Source: Thermodesulfobacteriota bacterium (lineage in GTDB: Bacteria > Desulfobacterota_D > UBA1144 > Nemesobacterales > Mycalebacteriaceae). From it: a DNA stretch of 64,000 bases. Position numbers and translations under genes: made by a program. Location of the stretch: contig OZ245366.1 of assembly GCA_965226585.1 (NCBI GenBank), positions 320,001 to 384,000 of the forward strand, in the 5' to 3' direction. Shown here one piece after another: positions 1-9,013 of this stretch; positions within the stretch are counted from its first letter, which is position 1, and every line of letters starts with the position of its first letter. The notes beneath the pieces were generated by a model. That model made no database searches. It saw only the letters and a program-made list of their open reading frames with translations, and was not told where the DNA came from.

Positions 1-1
1 T

Positions 2-187
2 CACGAGCAGTTTTGCCTCTGGATGGCGGAGCGCGTTCCCGTCTACATGGTTCCCCGGTTTATACGGATATACGAACAGTTTCCCCTCACATCCACACAA
101 AAGGTGAATGTCGGCTCAATGAAGGAGGTAGACGGGGAGACCTGGGACAGAAGCAAAACGGAACTGTCTCTCAAGACAAGAAAGTAG
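2..187 (+). CDS. C-terminal fragment of a CaiC-like acyl-CoA ligase (5'-truncated by window edge; absent from ORF track)
   Basis: Frame starting at nt 2 reads HEQFCLWMAERVPVYMVPRFIRIYEQFPLTSTQKVNVGSMKEVDGETWDRSKTELSLKTRK* (TAG 185-187). This aligns with the C-terminus of the ligase ending at 3731 (FCKWMAERVMVAMVPRFIEIYEDGFPVTATQKVKV...TWDR...RK), including the A10-type P.T.TQK lysine. Confidence 0.85.
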   Translation, partial: HEQFCLWMAERVPVYMVPRFIRIYEQFPLTSTQKVNVGSMKEVDGETWDRSKTELSLKTRK

Positions 188-189
188 TT

Positions 190-217
190 TTGCTTTATAT
201 GCGGGTTTTGTTATAAT
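190..217 (+). promoter_or_regulatory. sigma70-type promoter (TTGCTT-16-TATAAT, with TG extended -10)
   Basis: ttgctt at 190-195, tg-t-tataat at 209-217, upstream of the 251 ATG. Confidence 0.5.
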
Positions 218-250
218 CACCCATTCCAAAATTACGTGGGGCAGATTTTT

Positions 251-832
251 ATGTTTAAATCAATTTTTTCAATACTTTTTGCCGTTATATTCGGCATGAC
301 AGCAATGTCCGCAGTGGCATGGGCGCAGACCAATCCCGGTAAAAACGCCCGTGAAGGCGGGGTGAAAGAGTGCGCGGATGAGATTGAAGAGGTGGCTTCC
401 ATCTTTTTCAAACAAGACGGACAGGACATTCCGCACATCAGTCACGATTTTACAACCCCGAACAAGAGCGAGGTTGACAAGCGTCCCTTTTCCTCCCTTT
501 CATTCAGAGGATACGGGGATGTGGGTATTTCCCACATAAACATAGTCGCCTCAAACACATACCTTGAGGGCGGCGGTTTCTTTTCAAGAGGCTCAAACAG
601 AAAGTGTGATGTGAGCGTGGTGGAGACCTTCTCCTCGCCCAAGACCTGCGAAGAGGTTTCAGGCGAATACTCACAGCAGGGCTACAACGTGTCTCCGTTC
701 ACAAAAGACATAACTCTTCTGGAAAACGACGGCAGCAACCCCAATCAGTTCTTTACGCACTACTACCTGACTTCCAACCCCAAGGGCGACACCTGCCTTG
801 TAACCAGAAGAAGGGTTGTGATTCAGCCGTAG
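251..832 (+). CDS. hypothetical exported protein with signal peptide and four Cys
   Basis: ORF 236..832; ATG 251 gives MFKSIFSILFAVIFGMTAMSAVAWA-Q, a Sec-type signal ending in AxA; no family recognised. Confidence 0.7.
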   Translation: MFKSIFSILFAVIFGMTAMSAVAWAQTNPGKNAREGGVKECADEIEEVASIFFKQDGQDIPHISHDFTTPNKSEVDKRPFSSLSFRGYGDVGISHINIVASNTYLEGGGFFSRGSNRKCDVSVVETFSSPKTCEEVSGEYSQQGYNVSPFTKDITLLENDGSNPNQFFTHYYLTSNPKGDTCLVTRRRVVIQP

Positions 833-839
833 CAGGTAA

Positions 840-1784
840 CTACGAGCCCGCGAATACCCGGTAGAGAAACGCTCCGTATATCAGAAGAAGCACGGCTCCC
901 GCCGTTCTTCCCGCCGTTGCCCCTTTTTTCATAAAGGGAAGCGTAAGCGCGGTTAACCCTATTGCGACGGGCAGCTGGAAGCCCGGCACTTCAGAATCCA
1001 CCGAAAGCGGCACTATGGATGAGGTGAGCCCCAGAATTATTATGTTGAAAAGGTTGCTTCCCGCGATGTTGCCTACCGCGATTGAGTGTTCGCGCCGCGA
1101 CACCGCCGCGACAGACGCGGCGAGCTCGGGCAGTGAAGTTCCCACGGCAACCGCCGTTGCCCCGATAACCACTTCCGGAACCTCAGCCCTATGGGCGATA
1201 GACACCGCGCTTTCAACCAGAAGGCTGCTTCCAAGACCAAGCGCCGCAAGCCCGGCGGCAATCGTAACGAGCACCGCCCCCGCGCCGCTTGCAATTTCCT
1301 CAGGGATTTCTTCGCCCGTTTTTCCCGCCTGCCTCACATACAGATAGGCGGTAAGCGGGGCAACGGCGGCGATTACATAAAAACCTTCCGCCCTGCCGAG
1401 AGTTCCATCCGCGCACAGAAACAGAAGAAGCCCCAGCCCGGCGGCGGCGGCGGCGGTTTCCGCCCTCAAGCCCTGCCGCACGCTGATTGGCGCGAGCACG
1501 GCGCTTATCCCCGCTATCAGACCGATGTTTGAGATGTTGCTTCCCACTATGTTTCCGGTCGCAATGTCCGCAGAACCCTTGAATGCCGCCGTGAGGCAGA
1601 CAAAGATTTCAGGCAGTGAAGTGCCCACCGCAATCACCGTCAGCCCGGCGATAACGGGATTCACCTTCAGTTTCCGCGCAAGCAGAGACGCGCCTGCGAC
1701 CGCAGAGTCCGCGCCCACCCAAACGCCCGCGATTCCGGTGGCGAGAAAAATCGCCTCTATAAAAAAAGAGTCAGTTGAAAACAT
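840..1784 (-). CDS. calcium/sodium antiporter (CaCA, YrbG-like)
   Basis: Two alpha-repeats, GTSLPE...GNIVGSNISN and GTSLPE...GNIAGSNLFN; about 10 TM segments. Confidence 0.92.
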   Translation of the reverse strand: MFSTDSFFIEAIFLATGIAGVWVGADSAVAGASLLARKLKVNPVIAGLTVIAVGTSLPEIFVCLTAAFKGSADIATGNIVGSNISNIGLIAGISAVLAPISVRQGLRAETAAAAAGLGLLLFLCADGTLGRAEGFYVIAAVAPLTAYLYVRQAGKTGEEIPEEIASGAGAVLVTIAAGLAALGLGSSLLVESAVSIAHRAEVPEVVIGATAVAVGTSLPELAASVAAVSRREHSIAVGNIAGSNLFNIIILGLTSSIVPLSVDSEVPGFQLPVAIGLTALTLPFMKKGATAGRTAGAVLLLIYGAFLYRVFAGS

Positions 1785-2001
1785 CGTGTTCCGGTCAGTT
1801 CCGCTCTCCGGGGAGCGGAGCAGGGAGTATCAAATATAAACGCGCCCCGCGCAAATGGGAAAGAGATTATTGCGCCCGGCGTGTTGAAATTGTTTTCCGG
1901 TTTGTATAGTTTTTCTCTCCGTGGCTTGGGGAAACCGGAATATCCGGATTCCCGGAAAGATTTACTTAACAGCAATATGCAACCATAGGGAGGATAAAGC
2001 A

Positions 2002-3731
2002 ATGCGCCTTTTATTTAAACCACGCGACCGGCACTATGTGGGAGCCGGGCAGCTGCCTTTCGGAACTTTTGACGACACCACGCAGTGGGAGCCCGTCACA
2101 ACAAATCTTGAAAAGGGAGCCGAACAGTTTCCCGACAAGGATATGTTCAAAGTTGGCGACAGAGACGGAAATGTCGTCAGAACATTCACCTACAAAGAGA
2201 CCAACGAACTTGCCAACAAAGTTGCCAACGGTCTTATAAAGGATTTCGGAATCTCAAAGGGCGAAAAAGTCGGCATGTATATGCTTAACTGCGCGGAGTA
2301 TGTTCTCTCCATCATCGCGGCGCACAAAACCGGCGCGGTTCAGGTTCCAATCAACAAAGACGAAAAAGGCGAGCGGCTTGCCTATGTCATCAACTATTCA
2401 GAGATGAAGGTTGTCATCATAGACGGCGGAAGCATTCCCTTTCTTGAAGAGATAGCGGACGGACTTGAAAAACTGGAGGCGATTTTTGTTGTTTCCGAGG
2501 GAGACGAAAAACTCCCTTCCAAAATAGGAAAAGCGGCCGTTCACCCGTTTTCGGTTTTTGACTCTTCAGATGCTTCAAACCCCGGAGTCAAGGTTTCGGT
2601 GGACGACATGGAAAGATGTATGTTCACCTCCGGAACAACGGGAATGCCCAAGGGTGTTGCCAGAGACCACGGCGGTGTTGTGATGACCGTGCGCTCATAC
2701 ATACAGCAACAGGGCGTCCGCAGTGACGATGTTCTCATGAGCGTCCTTTCTCTCGGACACGCAAACGCTCAGGTGATGTGCCTGTTCAGCGCGATAGGCG
2801 CGGGCGCGACTGCGGTTTTCTTCCCGCGTTTTTCCGCTTCCAACTTCTGGAAGTGGGCAGCCGGGTGCGGAGCCAATTCAGTAAATATGCTTGGAGCCGT
2901 GGCGGAATATCTGTGGTCTGCCCCTGAGAGCGAATGGGACACAAAGCACAACGTGAGAATAATGCTTGGCTCTCCCGCTCCGAGAAATCTGGAGCAGTTT
3001 CAGAAAAGATTTAACGTCAGAGTGGTAGACGGGTACGGCTCAACGGAGATGGGATGGTTCTCTGGAAAGACCCCGAAGACCACCGTCCCGGTTCTTCAGG
3101 TTTCCCGATGGAGGGATACCACGTTGAACTCAGAAACCCTGACAACGCGGACGAGTCGGTCAAATACTTCTGGGACCCCTCAGACGACATAACTCCGCCG
3201 GACGAGGCGAAAGGGCTTCTTTTTATAAAGCCGCTTGTTCCGCACACAACGCTTAACGAATACTTCAAAGACGAAAGGCGCACAAGAGAGGCGTTTGACG
3301 ATGAAGGTTTTTTCAACTCGGACGACCTGTTCGCCAGAGGAATAGACGGCAGATTCTACTTTGCCGGCAGATACAGCAGAATCAGGGTTTCGGGTGAAAA
3401 TGTTGACCCCGTTGCGGTCGCGGATGAAGCGATGCAGTATGCGGCGATACAGGAGGCGATTGCCGTTGGACTGCGGCTTCCAAACGTTTCCGATGACGAG
3501 ATAAAACTGTGCGTAACCGTTAAAAAGGGCGAGACTTTCGATCCCGTTGAGTTCTGCAAATGGATGGCGGAAAGGGTTATGGTCGCGATGGTTCCGAGGT
3601 TTATTGAAATCTACGAAGACGGTTTTCCCGTAACAGCGACTCAGAAGGTCAAGGTTGCCGAGATAAAGGAGATAACCGATAAAACCTGGGACAGAAATGA
3701 AGCCGGTCTCAAGTTCAGTGCGAGAAAGTAA
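2002..3731 (+). pseudogene. CaiC-like ATP-dependent acyl-CoA ligase, broken by a single-base frameshift at ~3054 (pseudogene or sequencing error)
   Basis: RBS GGGAGG before ATG 2002. FTSGTTGMPKGV and GYGSTE motifs lie in ORF 1921..3192; the FNSDDL, GRFYFAGR, RVSGENV and TATQK motifs continue in ORF 3054..3731. Adding one A in ATG GGA TGG gives the in-frame TEMGMVLWKD. Confidence 0.85.
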
Positions 3732-3762
3732 CCTCCGGGGAACTTTCCGCGACAGGGCTTTT

Positions 3763-4176
3763 ATGGAACTTGCCCTCCGGCAGGCGGAAGCGGCGGCGGC
3801 GGCGGGCGAAGTGCCCGTGGGGGCGGTTATTGCCGACTCGCAAGGCAATGTTCTTTCATCGGCGCACAACGAGACCGAAGCCCTCGCAGACCCCACTGCT
3901 CACGCGGAGATACTGGCAATACGCAGGGCGGCAGAGAAAACCGGCGACTGGCGTCTGTCCGGCTGTGTTCTGTATGTTACCCTTGAGCCGTGTATAATGT
4001 GCGCGGGCGCGGCGGTTAATTCGCGCATTGAAACCGTGGTTTTCGGCGCGTACGACAGCGAATCCGGCTCACCGCCCGGCAAAGAGGTTTGCCGGCGGGG
4101 TGGAGTGATGGAAGAGTGCTGTTCTGACTTGCTCCGTGGTTTTTTCAGCGGCTTGAGACGGAAGGAAGGTTCTTAA
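3763..4176 (+). CDS. tadA: tRNA adenosine(34) deaminase TadA / nucleoside deaminase (start uncertain)
   Basis: GEVPVGAV, DPTAHAE, LYVTLEPCIMCAGA, VVFGAYD and C-terminal LL..FF..LR motifs. Confidence 0.8.
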   Translation: MELALRQAEAAAAAGEVPVGAVIADSQGNVLSSAHNETEALADPTAHAEILAIRRAAEKTGDWRLSGCVLYVTLEPCIMCAGAAVNSRIETVVFGAYDSESGSPPGKEVCRRGGVMEECCSDLLRGFFSGLRRKEGS

Positions 4177-4204
4177 GAGGACGGGACACAAACGGTGGTG
4201 CAGA

Positions 4205-5347
4205 ATGTCTTTTAACTTTGAGTTCAGCGAAGAGCAGAAACTTTTTCAGGAAACCTTGTCGGATTTCTGCACAAACGAAATAGAGCCGCTTGTTGAAGAG
4301 CACGAAAAAGAGGAAAAGTTTCCCAAACACATATTTACTATGCTCGGACAGATGGGCTTTCTGGGGATTATGTATCCCGAAGAGTACGGCGGGGTTGGCA
4401 TGGACAAGGTTACGGACTGCATCTTTTCCGAGGAGATGGGAAAAGTTTGGTCTGCGGCGGCAATGGCGGTGAACGCCCACATCGGGCTTGCCTGTTTTCC
4501 AATTTACAAGTTTGGAACCGAGGAGCAGAAACAGAAATATCTTGTTCCCAGCATCAAGGGCGAGGTTATCGGCTCTCTGGGGCTGACTGAGCCGGGAGCC
4601 GGATCAGACGCGAGAAGCATCAGGAGTCAAGCCGTTAAAGACGGGAACAAATACATACTCAACGGCACAAAAACATGGATAACAAACGGAAGCATGGCGG
4701 ATTTTTCCATTGTCGCCGCTTATACGGACAAAACGAAAAAAGGCGAGGGAATAAGCATCTTTATTGTGGAAAAGGATTTTCCGGGCTTCAGCGTGAGCAG
4801 TAAGATACACAAACTGGGGCACCGCGCGGCGGACACTTCAGAGTTAATTTTTGAAAACTGCGAGGTTCCCGCGGAAAACCTTCTCGTTGGAGAAGGCGGT
4901 TTCGCGGGAGCGATGGACACTCTTCTCGGCGCGCGCATAACGCACGCCGCAAAGTCCGTGGGTCTTGCGCAGGCGTCTTTTGAGTATGCCCTTCAGTACT
5001 CAAAAGAAAGAGAGACTTTCGGCAAGCCCATATCAAAGCATCAGGAGATAAGTTCCAAACTCGCCACAATGGCGGTCAAGATAGAAACCGCGCGGCTTAT
5101 GGTTTACAAAGCCGCATGGCTTTACAGCAATGAAAAGCCCGCGCTTAAAGAGGCGTCAATGGCGAAACTTTACGCGGCGGAAGTTGTCCAGTGGGTTGCC
5201 ACGGAGGCGATTCAGGTTCTCGGCGGATACGGCTACAGCGTGGAATACAAAGCCGAACGCTTTTTCCGAGACGCCCGCCTCTCATCCATTACCGAGGGAA
5301 CTTCCGAGATTCAGCGCCTTGTAATAGCGCGTGAAATTGGCTGCTGA
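4205..5347 (+). CDS. acyl-CoA dehydrogenase (short/medium-chain type)
   Basis: LTEPGAGSDA, GTKTWITNG, R.TFGKPI, GGYGY..EY..ER.FRD, EGTSEIQR motifs. Confidence 0.95.
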   Translation: MSFNFEFSEEQKLFQETLSDFCTNEIEPLVEEHEKEEKFPKHIFTMLGQMGFLGIMYPEEYGGVGMDKVTDCIFSEEMGKVWSAAAMAVNAHIGLACFPIYKFGTEEQKQKYLVPSIKGEVIGSLGLTEPGAGSDARSIRSQAVKDGNKYILNGTKTWITNGSMADFSIVAAYTDKTKKGEGISIFIVEKDFPGFSVSSKIHKLGHRAADTSELIFENCEVPAENLLVGEGGFAGAMDTLLGARITHAAKSVGLAQASFEYALQYSKERETFGKPISKHQEISSKLATMAVKIETARLMVYKAAWLYSNEKPALKEASMAKLYAAEVVQWVATEAIQVLGGYGYSVEYKAERFFRDARLSSITEGTSEIQRLVIAREIGC

Positions 5348-5446
5348 CCGTCCGCCGCGCCGCGCTTCGCTCCCAAAAAAGGGTTGACTTAAACCCGCCT
5401 CCTCTGTTAAAAGGTTCTATAACTTACTTTAAGGAGGTAAGGAGAA

Positions 5447-5980
5447 ATGGTAGTCGAACAACTGTTAGGTTACGTCCTTCTGTTGGTGGGATTTGTATTC
5501 TTCACAAACGGAATGACCCTGCTCGGAAAGACAGGTGGAAAAGAAGTCGGAGTACTGAATCTCGGTGTTGCGCTTCTTATAGTTAAAGCGGCGTGGATGC
5601 TTCACGAACAAGGTGTGACATCGGCCGCGGCTCTGGTATCGGTATTCGCGCTGATATACCTTCTGGTATATGCGGTTTTTGTGCACGGGCACGATGCCAA
5701 GGGTCTTGGATGGTTTTGTCTGTTCGCGACAATAACGTTCGTGTGGTACGCCCTTAAGGTGTTCCCTGCGGGCATGAGTCCGGAAGGCGTTGGCATGTTC
5801 GGAGTATTCTGTCTGGCATGGGCTCTGCTTACTCTGCTTTGCTTCTTCGCTTTCGCACAGGGCAAAAATCTCGGCACATCAATAGGGTATCTCTTCATCA
5901 TTGAAGCATTTCTGACCCTGCTGATTCCGGGAATGATGCTCCTTTCCGGCACATGGAAGCCTCTCTCGGGCGGCGCATAA
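5447..5980 (+). CDS. AmiS/UreI family amide/urea channel
   Basis: N-terminus LLGYVLLLVGFVFFTNG...KEVGVLNL, D.KGLGWFCLF and C-terminal FLTLLIPG match the AmiS/UreI pattern; about 6 TM; strong RBS AAGGAGG. Confidence 0.85.
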   Translation: MVVEQLLGYVLLLVGFVFFTNGMTLLGKTGGKEVGVLNLGVALLIVKAAWMLHEQGVTSAAALVSVFALIYLLVYAVFVHGHDAKGLGWFCLFATITFVWYALKVFPAGMSPEGVGMFGVFCLAWALLTLLCFFAFAQGKNLGTSIGYLFIIEAFLTLLIPGMMLLSGTWKPLSGGA

Positions 5981-6032
5981 TACTGCCGGTTTGAAGACAG
6001 CAGAATTTTCCGATAGAAAAGGAAATAATATG

Positions 6033-6074
6033 AAAAAAGAGGCGGGCCCGCTTGCGGGTCTTCCTCTTTTTTTT
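6033..6074 (+). terminator. intrinsic terminator (CUUG-loop hairpin + T8; A-tract on the 5' side makes it potentially bidirectional)
   Basis: aaaaaagaggcgggcccg-cttg-cgggtcttcctc-tttttttt downstream of the AmiS/UreI gene. Confidence 0.8.
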
Positions 6075-6126
6075 ATTATGCGGCGGAACAATCAGGCGGC
6101 GCGTGTGGTATAGTTCCACTTGAGCG

Positions 6127-6744
6127 ATGGCAATAAAAGTAAAAGTTGTCCGGCAGCCCGAGCTCAGTTTTTTTGAGCGTCTGCATTTCCCACAAATCCT
6201 CACGGGTCTGTTCATAACGTTTAAGAATCTTTTCCGTTCAAAAATCACCGTCAGCTATCCCGATGAAGTAAAAGAACTGCCTCCGAACTACCGGGGTCTT
6301 CACGAGATGCCCGCCGATGATGACGGCAAAATAAGGTGCGTTGCCTGCAAACTGTGCGAGGTTGCGTGCCCCACTCAGGCGATTTCAATAGTCAGCGAAC
6401 CGGCTGATGATTACGGCGTTGAGAGAACGCCGTCTGTTTACAACATAGATTTTATGCGCTGTGTCTTCTGCGGCTTCTGCGTTGAGGCGTGTCCCTGCGA
6501 CGCGCTCAGAATGGGAATGGAATACGAACTCTCATCTTACAACAGGGCGGGTCTTGTTCACACAAAAGAGGTGTTTTTCAAACCCAACCTCAAAAGCGAC
6601 GCGCCGAGAGATAATGCCAATTTTCTCTACCAGTGCATGAAAGGCGACACTCTGGACACTCCGGGCGAAGTGGAAAAGGTTAAACGCCTTGACGGCTCCT
6701 ACTTGCCGGCTTCCGGCGGAGACAGTTCTTCCGTTTCCCGGTAG
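6127..6744 (+). CDS. nuoI: NADH-quinone oxidoreductase subunit I
   Basis: CVACKLCEVACP and CVFCGFCVEACP 2x[4Fe-4S] motifs; T.SYPDE...YRGLH N-terminal pattern. Confidence 0.92.
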   Translation: MAIKVKVVRQPELSFFERLHFPQILTGLFITFKNLFRSKITVSYPDEVKELPPNYRGLHEMPADDDGKIRCVACKLCEVACPTQAISIVSEPADDYGVERTPSVYNIDFMRCVFCGFCVEACPCDALRMGMEYELSSYNRAGLVHTKEVFFKPNLKSDAPRDNANFLYQCMKGDTLDTPGEVEKVKRLDGSYLPASGGDSSSVSR

Positions 6745-8525
6745 TCTTTCCTGTTTCTGAGGTTCAAGAGTCCCGACAGAAAGGACTTGAGTTGAGTTCT
6801 TTCCACCGCAGTGTGTATTCCCCCGTGCCTGAGGTAGAAATCCGGCGTCATTGTTTTCGGGTCTATACCTCTTCCCCCGCTTGTCAGCTTCACAACCCTG
6901 TCCCCGGCAAAGGCGATTATGGACTTTTTCTCCGCTATGATGAAGTCTCCCTGAACGGCGTAACTGGCAAGGGCTCCGCCCGTTGTCGGGTGGGCGAGAA
7001 CCGATATATATGAAAGCCCGGATTCCTTCAGTTTAAGAATGGCGGAGATGGTTTTTGCCATCTGATACAGCGCGACCGTTCCCTCCTGCATCCTCGCTCC
7101 GCCGCTTGCGGTAACCGAAACGAGATCCAGATTATTCTCTATGCAGTAGTCAACGATAATCCTCATCTTTTCACCGAAAATTGCGCTCATGGAGCCGCCC
7201 ATAAAGCGGAAGTCGCACATCGCAACCCCGACGGGACGGCCGAAAATAGAGCCGTATCCCACAACAAGGGAGTCCTTTGAGTTGGTTTTTTGCGCCATTT
7301 TTTTTCTCGTCTGCGAGTAGTCCGCTATGTTGAATTCGGACGATATGCTCTCAATGGACAGTTCCGGGCTTATTTCGCTGAAGGTTTCTTTGTCAAAAAG
7401 GAACTCAATGTAGTCGTCAGAACCCAGAGTTTCGGGCTTGTTGCAGTAAGGGCATGAGAACAGGTTGTTTTCAACCTCCTCTCTTTTGTAGCGGTTGTGG
7501 CATCCCTCGCGCACTATTTTCCCCTCCGAGTCCTTCTCATCGTTGCAGAAAAAAGGTTCCGCTCCGTAAATGGCAATCTGAATTTGAGACACTTCCGGGG
7601 TTTTCGGGGTGGAAAGCCTGGACGGCAGAAGTGATTTAATCTTCCGCGATATGACATTATAAATATGAGACTTTTCCGGCACACGGCCGCACATGTTTAT
7701 TTTGTTCCTGAGGTTTGCTTTCAGTTCCTCAACATCGCTTTTTTCAAGTTCTTCAATCGCCGCCGCTATCCGCTCGCCCATCCTTTTCGCCGTTTCGCGC
7801 GGGTAGTTTTTGCCGCCTATTTCCGGCTCCGCGATTATGTCGTCAATAATGTTGTATTTCAGCATATGCTCAGCAGTCGGCTGGAGCACTTCAAGCGACT
7901 CCGCCACTTTGTCAGGGCTTCTGAACAGTATCGCCGAGCACCCTTCGGGTGTGATAACTGAAAACTCCGCCCTTGAAAGCATAAGTCTGCAGTGGGCAAG
8001 TTGAAGGGCGATGGCGCCGCCGCTTCCGCCAAGCCCGATAATGGTTGAGACCGACCTTGTCGCGAGAGACAGCATTTTCGCCTGACAGTCCGATATGAGC
8101 CACGACTGCAGTTTTTCCGCCGAATACTCGTAAGGGTCTCCCCCGACCGTGTCTATAAAAGTGTTGAGAATAATTCCCTGCTTCTCCGCGTATTCCATCA
8201 TATTGATGGAGATGGCGTAACCGTCCGCCTTTACCATTCCGAAGTTCATTTCCAGCCGCTCTTCTTCGTTTGAGGGAGTCTGCTGGGCGATAACAGCAAC
8301 CTTCTTGCCGTTTTTCTTCAGGGTTCCCACTCCGGCTATAATCGCCGGGTCGTCCGCTATCTCAATCTTCCGCCCGTTTGGAGCCTTGATGTGGGTTGAA
8401 AAACCCTCAAGCTCGTTCCACGGTGTAAAGTCCGAATAGATAAGGTCTACAATCTTGCGCGCCTTAATCCTGTCGGGAGATTTGGCTTCCTCGTGCGCCT
8501 CAACTGCTTTGGATACTTTTGACAT
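6699..8525 (-). CDS. fused acetyl-CoA carboxylase carboxyltransferase alpha + beta (AccA-AccD)
   Basis: N-half is AccA-like (DDPAIIAG, NFGM..DGY, FIDT.G, GGSGGA, FSVITPEGCSAIL); C-half is AccD-like (Zn finger ...CPYC, DFRFMGGSM, SGGARMQEG, PTTGG..AS, I.FAG.RV). Confidence 0.88.
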   Translation of the reverse strand: MSKVSKAVEAHEEAKSPDRIKARKIVDLIYSDFTPWNELEGFSTHIKAPNGRKIEIADDPAIIAGVGTLKKNGKKVAVIAQQTPSNEEERLEMNFGMVKADGYAISINMMEYAEKQGIILNTFIDTVGGDPYEYSAEKLQSWLISDCQAKMLSLATRSVSTIIGLGGSGGAIALQLAHCRLMLSRAEFSVITPEGCSAILFRSPDKVAESLEVLQPTAEHMLKYNIIDDIIAEPEIGGKNYPRETAKRMGERIAAAIEELEKSDVEELKANLRNKINMCGRVPEKSHIYNVISRKIKSLLPSRLSTPKTPEVSQIQIAIYGAEPFFCNDEKDSEGKIVREGCHNRYKREEVENNLFSCPYCNKPETLGSDDYIEFLFDKETFSEISPELSIESISSEFNIADYSQTRKKMAQKTNSKDSLVVGYGSIFGRPVGVAMCDFRFMGGSMSAIFGEKMRIIVDYCIENNLDLVSVTASGGARMQEGTVALYQMAKTISAILKLKESGLSYISVLAHPTTGGALASYAVQGDFIIAEKKSIIAFAGDRVVKLTSGGRGIDPKTMTPDFYLRHGGIHTAVERTQLKSFLSGLLNLRNRKDYRETEELSPPEAGK

Positions 8526-8585
8526 ATCGGTTTCCGCCCTTCTCTCCTGCTCCGGAGGGGGAGAGACCGGAACTTTTAAGGTGTT

Positions 8586-8915
8586 TTAGACGTTGAAGGA
8601 CTGTCCGCAACCGCATGAACCCTTGGAGTTCGGATTGCTGATAGAAAATCCCGTTCCGTTCAGTCCGCCCTGATAGTCAAGGCTTGCCCCTTCGAGATGC
8701 TGAAAGCTTATGCCGTCAATAACGACCTTCACGCCTTCCTCCTCGAAAACCCGGTCTGATTTTTCAAGTTCGTCATCAAAGCCCATTTCATAGGAGAATC
8801 CCGAACAGCCGCCCGGCACAACGCGCACCCTCAGGAAACCGTTTTCCACATTTTCTCCGGAAATCAGTTTTCTGATTTCTTCCGCCGCCTGTTTTGTTAC
8901 CCCGAACATAGCCAT
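8586..8915 (-). CDS. A-type Fe-S carrier (IscA/ErpA/HesB family)
   Basis: GGCSGFSY and NPN..GSCGCGQSF motifs; RBS GGAGGT before ATG 8915. Confidence 0.93.
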   Translation of the reverse strand: MAMFGVTKQAAEEIRKLISGENVENGFLRVRVVPGGCSGFSYEMGFDDELEKSDRVFEEEGVKVVIDGISFQHLEGASLDYQGGLNGTGFSISNPNSKGSCGCGQSFNV

Positions 8916-9013
8916 CAAACCTCCATCCGAATTGAACGGACAACACAATTATATAACAGCGCGGCTCTCAAAACAACCGCCGAAAACTTCTCCCGTTCGG
9001 TATATTTGTTCAA

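Noticed and set aside
1438..1457. GCG triplet runs (also at ~3790)
   Set aside because: They encode short poly-Ala stretches within genes; not contingency repeats.
3045..3065. Programmed -1 frameshift in the CoA ligase
   Set aside because: No X XXY YYZ slippery heptamer or obvious stimulatory structure at the break; a simple indel is more parsimonious.
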